From NCBI GenBank assembly GCA_963693365.1, contig CAVNZM010000006.1, forward strand, positions 6,365,264-6,429,263: DNA of 64,000 nucleotides, given 5' to 3'. The DNA comes from Amoebidium appalachense (lineage: Eukaryota > Protista > Ichthyosporea). Position 1 is the first letter of the stretch, and every line of letters begins with the position of its first letter. Of this stretch, positions 38,119 to 47,324 are shown in pieces. Position numbers and translations under genes: made by a program. The notes beneath the pieces were generated by a model, which did not search any database, was not told the DNA's origin, and worked only from the letters and a program-made list of their open reading frames with translations.

Positions 38119-41100
38119 TTAGCGACGTCGGCGCTTCTTTCGTGCGGGCTGGCTGGCAGGGCCGGCCACCAAAGTACCTAGGTAGTCTGTGAGTGCTCCT
38201 GCGGCTGTGTCTTGCAGGCCGGAGTGAGGTTCCCAGGTGTCGTTCTTAGCCGTGTACCCTTTCCAACGAACTTTGTAAAGGGCTTGGGCAGTTGCCGAGT
38301 CGTACTTGTGGGCAATAATTTTTGCCACTTCGAAGGTGGGGGTGGGTGAATCTTGCGGACCAGAGTCGGCTGGCGTCATATCAACGTCGTCACGGGGAAA
38401 ATACGGCTTCAAGTGACGTGCGTGTGCTCGAACGGTGTCCGTTGACCCAACCCGCTGAATTTCGTAAGACATGGGGGCGTCGGTAACGCGCCGCAGGACG
38501 CGATACGGACCTTCCCATTTAGGTCTGAGTGCCGTGGGTAGACTGTGGTCGGTGGTGGAGTCTGTGACTGCTTTCAACACCAGACCCTCGAGTTCTGTGG
38601 GTTCACGAGCATTTTTGTTAGCCGTGATTTTACTACGACGGGCAGCTTCAGACATAATTCGTGTGACTGTTTGCCGGGCATACTGCACTCGTTGCAGTAG
38701 TTCTCGACGGTATTCCTCCGTCTCCATCCCACATGAAGCCGCAATTGGGGGGCGGGGGGGCTCGACCGGATCTCTGCCATAAAGCATGAAGAATGGCGTG
38801 TCCCCCAAGGAAGAGTGGTAGGCGGTGCGGTAGGAAAACAGTACTTGCGGTAAGTAGTCAATCCATTCGTGGTGTTTATCCTGCACGAGAGTGGCAAGAA
38901 TATTCTTAAGTGTGCGATTGAATCGCTCTACGGCACCATTGGTCTGGGGGCTGTAGGGACTTGCAAAAATTCGTTTTGTAGCCAACACTCGACAGACATC
39001 TGTGACCAACATAGCTGCCAAATTCGCGCCGTTGTCTGATACTAAAAATTCCGGACGACCGTGACGGCAGTAGATGGAGTCTTCGAATGCCTTTGCCACA
39101 TCTTCGGCTGTGGGTGTTTTGTGAAATAAAATCACTTCCGGCCAGCGAGTGAAGAGGTCGAGAAACACCAACAGGGAAACTCTGAGATCAGATTTCGTAG
39201 GCATCTCAGTAATGTCCATAGACACGTATTGAAAGGGATAGGTGGGGATAAAACCATCGTGAATTCGTAGTTTCTTTTGCATTCGGGGTGTCTTCCGGTA
39301 TTGACAGGCTTTGCATGTGGTTACCCACTGCACCGAGTCTTGCCATACACGTGGCCACCATGCTATCTGGGTAACACGGTGGAAGGTGCGTGCTGCGTCG
39401 AGGTGACCTGCGGTTGGGGCGTCGTGACATGCGGCCAAAACGAGGCGCACAAGCGTAGACGGCACCCAAATTCGTGGTTCCTTGCTGGGTTTGCGGGGGC
39501 CACGCTGTTCTAGGACCCACACATACACAAGGTCATTGTCTATGGTGCAGCGACTAGCTTCCATCGCGATTTCGTTGCCAAATAATTCGTAGCCCGGTGC
39601 TTTTTCCAGGTAGGCCCTGACTTTTGCAATGTGTTTATCAGCCTTCTGTGCTGACACATACTGTTCATAGGTGGGCATTCGTCCATCCGCTTTTGGGGGA
39701 ATAAATTCTGGCGGCGTGGTATTAGGTTTCGTGGGTTCAGCTGGGGGTGGGTGGGTGGCAGCTTGTGCCTGCGCTGTCGCTGCGGCGGAGCGTGTTACCG
39801 CAAACACCGTGGACGAGCCCGAGACTGTGCCGATCAGTGAGGGGTATGTCAGCTCAGTATCTTCGGGTCCTGGTTGCGCATTTTCTTTAGATGGCCGAGA
39901 GAGTCCATCAGCATTGCTGTGGTGTTTGCCCGCCCTGTGCTGAATTTCGTATGTGTATGCGGAAAGCGCCATTTGCCAGCCTGCAACAACAGGTTCCGGT
40001 GCATCGCCGGTAGACAGAATGCGCGTCAAGCTGGAGTGGTCGGTTCGTAACAAGAAAGGAGCCCCATAGGTGTAAGCGTGAAATGCTTTGCACACAGCCC
40101 AATACACACCTAAGGCTTCCCTTTTATTCGCCGCATAATTTCGTTCACTCTTAGAGAGTGTTCTGCTAGCATAAGCTATGGGTCGTTCTTTGCCGTCATC
40201 ACCTACCTGCGAAATCACTGCGCCCAGAGCATACTGTGAAGCATCTGAGTCAACAATAAAAGGTTTGGTGAAATCGGGGTGAGCAAGCACAGGTGCATTA
40301 ATTAACGCATTCTTAAGGGTATCGTATGCTTTCTCCTGTTCCGTACCCCACACCCATGCAGCATTTTTCTGTGCTTTCTTTTTCGTGGCCAAAATAGCTG
40401 CAGAATCGGCGTGCAAATTTTTTGCTTCGTCTTTTCGTTGTTTTGCGCTGCCGTTGCGTTTGGCGGGTTTCGTAGAGGGGGGCATTTTTGCGTGAATTCG
40501 TTTTAGTAATTCTGAATCCTCCTTCGAGGTGCCCAGCATTCGCGTGAGTGGTTCAGCCGTATGGCTGAAATCGTCCACAAATATTCGATAATATGAAAAT
40601 AACCCGAGGTCACTTCGTAGCTCAGATAAATTTTGTGGGTAGCTTTTATTCTTTATTGCTGCCACTTTTTCTGGGTCTACCTTAATACCATCCGGGCATA
40701 CGCGATGGCCTAAATAGCCAACTTCTTCCATGAACAAAGAGCATTTTCTGCCTTTCAGTTTTAATCCTGCATCACAGAGCCGGGAAAAACATGAATCTAA
40801 ATGCCCAAAATGTTCTTCGATAGTGGGTGACATAACTAATATATCATCGAGATATATGAGTACATGTGTCCACAGCATACCAGCAAATACACGGTTCATC
40901 ATCCTTGAAAAGACAGCAGGCATGTTACTTACTCCAAAAGGTGCGCGTGCGAATTGATACTGCCCCCAGGGGGTGGTAAATGCAAGTTTTTCTTTGTCGT
41001 TATCGGCTACTTTGACTTGGTGGTAACCACCGTTTAAATCAAGTGCGGAAAACACGCGGGCACCTCTGAGCATACCCAGAGCCATGTCAATTCGTGGTAA

Positions 41101-42867
41101 AGGGTAACCGTCTTTCTTCGTAATCAAGTTCAGCATTCTAAAATCAATGCAGACTCTTAAAGACCCGTCCTTTTTCGCCACCAACACCATCGGAGCGGAG
41201 TAAGGGCTGGACGCAGGCTCAATCACTCCAAACTCTACCCAATTTTGAATTTGTTTGTGTAGGCTATCGCGAAGGTGATGTGGGATGTTATAGGGCCTGC
41301 GGTACTGTGGTATGGTGGTAGTTACTTCGATCGACAGTTCGTCTAAGGTACTCAAACCAAAGTCGTTGTCGTGTGCAGAGAACACATGCTTCCATTTCTT
41401 AAGCAGTTTTCGTATCCGTTTCGCCAACGGTTTCCGTTGGTCTGGGGGAGTTCCAGGCATGTCGTATTCTTCTGGAGGTTTGACCCCAAAAGGCAAGTCG
41501 TCGTCTGTGGCGGCTTCCCCGTCGGAGGTACATTCGTGCGTACGCTTTCGTAAATTATTCGTATCCTCCAGTGCAGTGGTAGATGGTGCCCCATCTGCTG
41601 CTTCGATAGTAGGTGGCCCTACCTCTGGTTTTGTTCGTGCTGGATTACCAAAACCATTCATTTTCGTGGAACTGCGCTGTGTGGTGTTCTCTTTCGTACT
41701 CATATTCATAATTTTACTCCGTTCACACACCTTAATACTACCGTTAATATTAGTAGCCGCCTGGAAAGTGTGTGGTTCGTGTTCGGTGGGTTCTTCGGTT
41801 GATTCCTGCGAAGAAAAGTTCGTTTTAGCAGAGGTACCTAATGGATGGCCAGGGTGTGGGGTTGTCGCCCTCCTGGTTCCATTACCGGAGTGTGGACGTG
41901 CTAAAAGAGTAACAGTGTCATCTGATTGCAAGGGAATAAACATGGCCACCTCCGTACCAGGGCCTAGGTACACATGATGGTCCGATGTGTTAGTCAACAA
42001 CACCTTGCATTCGTATTCGTCCTCGATCACACTTTCTTCGCTAGTGGAGAGGGGGGGTTCGTTATTCGAAATTCGAGCTAAACTGGTGACACTGCATGCT
42101 GTTGTGTAAGCCCGTGAATTAAGTGGACCACATGGAACCACTGTGCCCATACAACAGTCTAAAGTTCGTGGTGGTGGTGCGCCGGCAGCGAGTTTTATTT
42201 TACACGTTGCGATATTTGACGCATCTACCGGGAGGTGAATACCTGTGGTGGTAATTAATACGCGAGAAACAGCTGTCTCCTCCGCACTCCCACGCAACCA
42301 CCACACCGGAATACTGCACCTGCGATTTCCCTTAGCATACATGAACGAAAGTTCTGCAGCACCGTAATCAATTCGTCCCTGTTGTGGCCCCATGAAATCA
42401 ACACCTAATAAGGCATCATATGGTAGATTATCAATCACATGCCATCTGTGCACCACTAGAGCAGATTCGTTGGGAATGGCGAGAGTGAGAGATATACTTC
42501 CTTGACATGTCATTTCGTTACTTTGTGCATCCAGTACACTAAAATTAGGAACATGCTGAATTCGTTTTCTTGCCACTACAGGGAGAGATTCGTAAAATGC
42601 TGTGCTTATACAGCTATGGCTAGCACCAGAGTCGACAACTACTGTGACTAGCTTCCCATGCACATACATTCGCGCAAGTGTGGCTGTGCATTTATTTTCG
42701 TGGGTTAATGTGCACACAGTGGCATTTTCATGCCGTGGTTCTGCAATGGAGGAGTGCACACGGTCAGCAAAATGCACATTTTTCTTTTTGCGCGGGGGCG
42801 GGGTGTGCGTGTGCATGGGGGGGGTCAGTACACGGGGGGTAACTGTTCGTGGGGGGGTGGGGCACAT
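38119..42867 (-). CDS. pol: Pol polyprotein: aspartic protease, RT, RNase H, integrase, chromodomain
   Basis: Protease VDSGAS. RT LRVCIDFR, PFG, YLDD. RNase H DASQYALGAV, REAL, TDH. Integrase HHCC (HDAPTAGH...CKAC) with D-D-E (MDIT, SDNG, VERFN) and WEGPY. Chromodomain FEVAKIIAHK...YKVRWKGY...DTWEP. C-terminal KKRRRR. Confidence 0.97.
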   Translation of the reverse strand: MCPTPPRTVTPRVLTPPMHTHTPPPRKKKNVHFADRVHSSIAEPRHENATVCTLTHENKCTATLARMYVHGKLVTVVVDSGASHSCISTAFYESLPVVARKRIQHVPNFSVLDAQSNEMTCQGSISLTLAIPNESALVVHRWHVIDNLPYDALLGVDFMGPQQGRIDYGAAELSFMYAKGNRRCSIPVWWLRGSAEETAVSRVLITTTGIHLPVDASNIATCKIKLAAGAPPPRTLDCCMGTVVPCGPLNSRAYTTACSVTSLARISNNEPPLSTSEESVIEDEYECKVLLTNTSDHHVYLGPGTEVAMFIPLQSDDTVTLLARPHSGNGTRRATTPHPGHPLGTSAKTNFSSQESTEEPTEHEPHTFQAATNINGSIKVCERSKIMNMSTKENTTQRSSTKMNGFGNPARTKPEVGPPTIEAADGAPSTTALEDTNNLRKRTHECTSDGEAATDDDLPFGVKPPEEYDMPGTPPDQRKPLAKRIRKLLKKWKHVFSAHDNDFGLSTLDELSIEVTTTIPQYRRPYNIPHHLRDSLHKQIQNWVEFGVIEPASSPYSAPMVLVAKKDGSLRVCIDFRMLNLITKKDGYPLPRIDMALGMLRGARVFSALDLNGGYHQVKVADNDKEKLAFTTPWGQYQFARAPFGVSNMPAVFSRMMNRVFAGMLWTHVLIYLDDILVMSPTIEEHFGHLDSCFSRLCDAGLKLKGRKCSLFMEEVGYLGHRVCPDGIKVDPEKVAAIKNKSYPQNLSELRSDLGLFSYYRIFVDDFSHTAEPLTRMLGTSKEDSELLKRIHAKMPPSTKPAKRNGSAKQRKDEAKNLHADSAAILATKKKAQKNAAWVWGTEQEKAYDTLKNALINAPVLAHPDFTKPFIVDSDASQYALGAVISQVGDDGKERPIAYASRTLSKSERNYAANKREALGVYWAVCKAFHAYTYGAPFLLRTDHSSLTRILSTGDAPEPVVAGWQMALSAYTYEIQHRAGKHHSNADGLSRPSKENAQPGPEDTELTYPSLIGTVSGSSTVFAVTRSAAATAQAQAATHPPPAEPTKPNTTPPEFIPPKADGRMPTYEQYVSAQKADKHIAKVRAYLEKAPGYELFGNEIAMEASRCTIDNDLVYVWVLEQRGPRKPSKEPRIWVPSTLVRLVLAACHDAPTAGHLDAARTFHRVTQIAWWPRVWQDSVQWVTTCKACQYRKTPRMQKKLRIHDGFIPTYPFQYVSMDITEMPTKSDLRVSLLVFLDLFTRWPEVILFHKTPTAEDVAKAFEDSIYCRHGRPEFLVSDNGANLAAMLVTDVCRVLATKRIFASPYSPQTNGAVERFNRTLKNILATLVQDKHHEWIDYLPQVLFSYRTAYHSSLGDTPFFMLYGRDPVEPPRPPIAASCGMETEEYRRELLQRVQYARQTVTRIMSEAARRSKITANKNAREPTELEGLVLKAVTDSTTDHSLPTALRPKWEGPYRVLRRVTDAPMSYEIQRVGSTDTVRAHARHLKPYFPRDDVDMTPADSGPQDSPTPTFEVAKIIAHKYDSATAQALYKVRWKGYTAKNDTWEPHSGLQDTAAGALTDYLGTLVAGPASQPARKKRRRR

Positions 42868-43022
42868 GCAGATTCGTGGGAGAGCTCCGAGACAACAGAA
42901 ATTTCCGCACCAGTAGATTTATTTTGCAATTTATCTGCCAGAGGGGAACACAGTTCCAGCTCTGCTATTAAATCAAATACATTATGTTCTACTGGGGAGA
43001 GACCAGTCCCTTGCCCGCCTTC

Positions 43023-45023
43023 CTATTCTACACGTGCTCTCTTGAACTTGGCCCGATTAGCCTCAATCTCTGCCTTGCGGGTTCCCTTCTTAAAGTTGGG
43101 GTCGTACTTGGGGCAAATTGGTGACCCCCCAAAGTGCCCCTTCTGCTTGCAGGAGTGGCATTCGAATTTGAGGGCCGGGCACGCCTTGCCTTCGGCGTGG
43201 CTGCCGTACTTGCACCCACGGTTGCAGGGGGTGGTGCCCATGCGCGAAAAAATAGACGGCTTCTCGCTGGCACCAGATCCACCACCGGGTTGCTGTTTTG
43301 TGGGGGGTTTCTGTGTTAGAATGGTGGATGGGGTTCGTGTGTGCCTGTCTCTTTCTTTTTCTGCGAGATAGGCAACAACTCCAGACAGGGTCAATTCTTC
43401 TTCTTTTCGTGTTTGTCTGAGTTGATATTTGCGAAATTCTTGTTCGTCTTCCCCACCCAATCGGTGAGACAAATCCAAAATTTGGTGTGCCTCAGACTTA
43501 AGGGGGTACACACGTGCCCACAAACGCGCATGCCTGCTTGCAAATTCGGCCACCTTTTGCTTGCCTTGTTTGAGTGCATTTAATTCGGCACTGAGTGCCT
43601 CTTGCACACGCTGGTCGTGAAATTTCGTAACTAGTGCATGTGCAAATGCATCAAACGTGAGTTCTCCCTGTGTCCTGGTAAAATTCGTGTACCACACACG
43701 GGCGGGGGAAGCAAGAGGAAAGCACTGCACCGCCCAGCGAACAGCAAGTGTGGGGGGGACCCCTGCAATGCAAAACATCTGCTGGGAAAATTCGTGCAGC
43801 CATTCAATCACCGTGCATTTATCCTGCAAGTCACCCTTGTATTCTGGTAGTTTCAATGCAGCCAAGATGGGGCCGTATTCGGATGCATGCAACTGGCGGA
43901 GAGGGTGCAACCACAGTTTTTCGTGCTCTGCAAAGTGCTTGTTCAATATAGACCCAGCCTTACCTCCTGAGCCTGTGCTGACATCAGAGCCTCTCGGGCG
44001 ACTTGGCGTGCCTGCCAGTCCACCTGCAGACGCCAGAGGGGATCCTGCAAGGGGGATTTCGTTAAATACGGGTGCTTTAGGCTGGTCGAAGTGATCTTCT
44101 TCATGCACTTTCGCAGTCATGTGTTCGTTTTCGTTTGTGGGTGTGTCTTCGTAACTTTGTTCGTGTTTTTCTTCATTTTCAGCATCAGAATCAGTGTAGC
44201 TGAGTGTGCGCGCAAGCACATCCTTATATGTAAATTTAGTGGGGGGTGCGGGAGGTGCAATTACCTTGGGATCAGTGCACCCAGATGGGACCGGGGACAA
44301 AGGCTTCTTGCCTGTGGTGGGTGGGGGAGGACGGGGGGTGGTGGGCACCGTCGTATTTTTCACACGTGCCTCAGCCACCAACTGTGCTTCCCGCTCCAAC
44401 TCAGACCATTTCGCGGACGTGCACAACATTCTAGACAGTGTGGTGTCTTCCATCTGCGAAATCTCACTGTAAATCTGCGCGACATCAGCTTCGAGGTCCA
44501 TCACAGGCCGCCCAGCATCGATTGCAGTTTGAATGGCACGTCTCAGAGTTTCAATACGATAGAACTTGGAGAGAACACGGCCCCGCACCTCTGCCAGAGC
44601 TGTGGCAGTGTCCCAGTCTTGTTTCGTTTTTTCCTTCGTTGCTACTTGAAGTTCGTTCGTGTGTTTGTTGGTGTTCGTGTGTTCGTTGGTGTTCGTATGT
44701 TCGTTGGTTTTCGTGTGTTCGTTGCGCTTCGTTTTGTCTTTGGGTTTCGTGCTTTCGTTGGGCTTCGTTTGTTCGTTGCCAGTGGGCTTCGTAGTTGCCT
44801 TTGTGTTCGTGTGTGTGTTGGGTTTTGTGATCGTGTTCGGTTTCTGGGGAGCACGAGGCTGTGTAGGGGGAGGGGTGGGGAGTGTTTTCGTGCCCTGCCC
44901 CGGAGTCTTGGCTTTCTTCTGCGTTGGGGGCGGCGGTTTGACTGCGGTAGGCTTCTTGGTGTCACGTGTCAGTTTGCTTTCATTGTCCGAGAGTACAGGG
45001 TAGTCGTCAAATTCGCCCGCCAT
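43023..45023 (-). CDS. gag: Gag (666 aa): low-complexity N-terminus, capsid-like region, C-terminal zinc knuckle(s)
   Basis: ATG just after the PBS. LKQGKQKVAEF capsid-like motif, CHSCKQKGHFGGSPIC knuckle preceded by CNRGCKYGSHAEGKAC, and TNEHTK-type hexapeptide repeats. Confidence 0.9.
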   Translation of the reverse strand: MAGEFDDYPVLSDNESKLTRDTKKPTAVKPPPPTQKKAKTPGQGTKTLPTPPPTQPRAPQKPNTITKPNTHTNTKATTKPTGNEQTKPNESTKPKDKTKRNEHTKTNEHTNTNEHTNTNKHTNELQVATKEKTKQDWDTATALAEVRGRVLSKFYRIETLRRAIQTAIDAGRPVMDLEADVAQIYSEISQMEDTTLSRMLCTSAKWSELEREAQLVAEARVKNTTVPTTPRPPPPTTGKKPLSPVPSGCTDPKVIAPPAPPTKFTYKDVLARTLSYTDSDAENEEKHEQSYEDTPTNENEHMTAKVHEEDHFDQPKAPVFNEIPLAGSPLASAGGLAGTPSRPRGSDVSTGSGGKAGSILNKHFAEHEKLWLHPLRQLHASEYGPILAALKLPEYKGDLQDKCTVIEWLHEFSQQMFCIAGVPPTLAVRWAVQCFPLASPARVWYTNFTRTQGELTFDAFAHALVTKFHDQRVQEALSAELNALKQGKQKVAEFASRHARLWARVYPLKSEAHQILDLSHRLGGEDEQEFRKYQLRQTRKEEELTLSGVVAYLAEKERDRHTRTPSTILTQKPPTKQQPGGGSGASEKPSIFSRMGTTPCNRGCKYGSHAEGKACPALKFECHSCKQKGHFGGSPICPKYDPNFKKGTRKAEIEANRAKFKRARVE

Positions 45024-45060
45024 GGTTGAAGAGATTCTTGAAAGATGTGAGATTCTGGAA

Positions 45061-45074
45061 CTGCGCGGTCGCCA
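45061..45074 (-). promoter_or_regulatory. Primer-binding site, probably for tRNA-Arg
   Basis: TGGCGACCGCGCAG begins 1 nt inside the 5' LTR boundary. It is complementary to a tRNA 3' end ...CGCGGUC-G-CCA, the acceptor stem of GACCGCG-type tRNA-Arg (tRNA identity is inferred). Confidence 0.7.
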
Positions 45075-45075
45075 A

Positions 45076-45685
45076 TGTAAACAGTTGAACTAGTTGGGAT
45101 AAGGCAGAGAACAACTGAATCAGAATAAAGACAGAGAACGGGTAGTAAGGCACACGCGGCCAGGTTACTATTTAATGTGCTCGTTCAGAGTGATCCCCCG
45201 TACTGGGACGGCTTGTTTATATAGCCCCCAGGTTCCGGATCATCTGGATGGGTGGCATTGATGCCTTCGTGACTTCTGACCAGTCAGAAGAGTGCGGTCG
45301 TCTTTATGTGCACACAGTGCACCAATAACATGAAGCTAACTAAAAGGATAACTTTGTGGCAAATGATTGGTCAATACTTAAGCCCGTTTAGGTTTATGCA
45401 ACTGGGTCTGATTTCCTTATTGGTTCCGTTCGTTTAGCTATAGATGTCGCCTCCGTAGTGGATGAGACTTGCATTCCTATCCTAGCGGTTCTCGAATTCT
45501 ATTGGTTCATACTGACTGCACGGCCACTGCATATTGCCGGCGCCGCGGCTCAGTCGTGAGCCGCAGCCCGCGGCTGTCGCGTGTGATATTGATCTGATCA
45601 TATGTACACAATATCTACGTGATCACTATGATATGTACAGTATATTCGTAATAGTAAACATGTACGGCGTGTACAGATGTTTACA
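45076..45685 (-). repeat. 5' LTR (610 bp)
   Basis: Direct repeat of 37442-38051, followed by the TSD GCCCC. Confidence 0.97.
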
Positions 45686-46439
45686 GCCCCCCCCCAGCAA
45701 TTCTGCGTGCGTCTGTCTATGCCCCCCAAGGACACCGTGTATGTTTCCCTGAGCAACATCGTTACAGGTGACATGATTGGCTTCGACAAGTGCCAGCTGG
45801 TGTTTACCCCTGACAACTGGGAGACACCACAGTGCGTGCGTGCCGCGATTAACCCCACGGCTGTCGCTAACCGGCGTTATACCGGTGTTGTGCCCATCTT
45901 CCTAACGGCTCCAGTTTCCAGCCCGAATGGAACATCGTCGGCGCAATTCAGACGGTTAACCCCCAGTCTCTGTACAGCGTCGATTCCGCCGAGTGCTACT
46001 CTGCCGGTGACCCCCACTACGTCACTTTCGATAAGAAGACGTTCGATTTCCAGGGTGCAGGCACGTACACGCTCATGCAGACTACCGAGGGAGACATTGC
46101 CATCCAAACCACCAACGAGAAGTGCGGTGGCGCCGGGGCAGCGTGCACGAAATTCGTGTGGATTTACTACCGCGGTGCCCATTACACCGTATATGTAAGC
46201 TCGTCCACCGAGCCCGTCACGGGCCGCATCCAGGGTGGTGATCCCAACGCACCGGATCTCGCTGTTGTGACCCGCCCGGCCGGAAACACCGTTGTGTACG
46301 AGTTCCCCGATTTGTGGGTGCGCGTCGACGGATACAACTGGAATGGTATTTTCATGAACGTCCGCATCCGCCCAAGCAAGTATGTACAGCTTTGTGCCTC
46401 CGCCTCCCCCCTCCCCCTCCTCTCCCCTCTCTGTAACCC

Positions 46440-46470
<31 letters not shown>

Positions 46471-47267
46471 AAAAAAAAAAAAAGCACACACACACACACA
46501 CACACACATGCGCGCACACACAATCACACAGAGACACACAAACGTGTATGCCAAATGGTTTCTTTTTCATTCCTACATACTCCAGAGAGCTTGTTTAAAA
46601 GTTTACTCTTCTACACGTTTTTAATGTTCCGTATAGCCATTAACAACAGCAAAAAAAAAAAAAAAAACAATAGCTACTATTGAAAACAAACAATAGTGAT
46701 ACTAATACACAAACTAACACCTGGTTTTCTCCTCCAGGGCCATGGCATCATGCCTCCTCGGTCTCTGCGGCAACTACAACGCAAATCCCGCCGATGACCC
46801 CGTCGACTACGCCACCCTTCAGGGCAAGACCCTCGTCCCCATCAATCAAATGATCTCTTCCGGCCTCGGCGGAAACCTTCAACCCGTCACATGCCCGGCC
46901 CGCCCACCTACCGCCCCAATCATTCCCCCCGATTTCACTTTCGACCCCCGGTGCAGCAGCGGAAAGCCCATGCCTCCCAATCCAACACCCAACCCCCCAC
47001 CCGGCCCCATCACCCCCTCCCCCTATCCCTCCTCCCCAGCCCAACCCCCAGCCCCCTCCTCCCCCCATCCCGCCCACCGCAAACGTTACGGAGGCCTGCA
47101 AGAAGTTGTTCTCGAGTATCTCCTGCCCGTACCTGCCAGCGGACCAGCTTGCTGCTAAGATTCAGGTATGTTTATGCAACTACCCCCCTCCCCCCCCCCC
47201 CCCCCCCCCCCCCCCCCTTCCTTCCCCCATCTTTTTCGCTTCTCCCTCCTGTTCCCTCTACCACGCG

Positions 47268-47324
<57 letters not shown>

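Larger units (their letters stand above)
37442..45685 (-). mobile_element. Full-length Ty3/Gypsy LTR retrotransposon with chromodomain integrase (chromovirus-like), 8244 bp
   Basis: Two 610-bp LTRs with TGTAAACA...TGTTTACA termini, a 5-bp TSD GCCCC (37437-37441 and 45686-45690), a PBS, a PPT, and gag and pol in PR-RT-RH-IN order. Confidence 0.98.

Noticed and set aside
45955-45977. 23-nt GT-AG micro-intron that would repair the first frameshift in the secreted-protein gene
   Set aside because: It is far shorter than all other introns here, and codon usage favours the downstream frame already from about 45901. A 1-nt indel is simpler.
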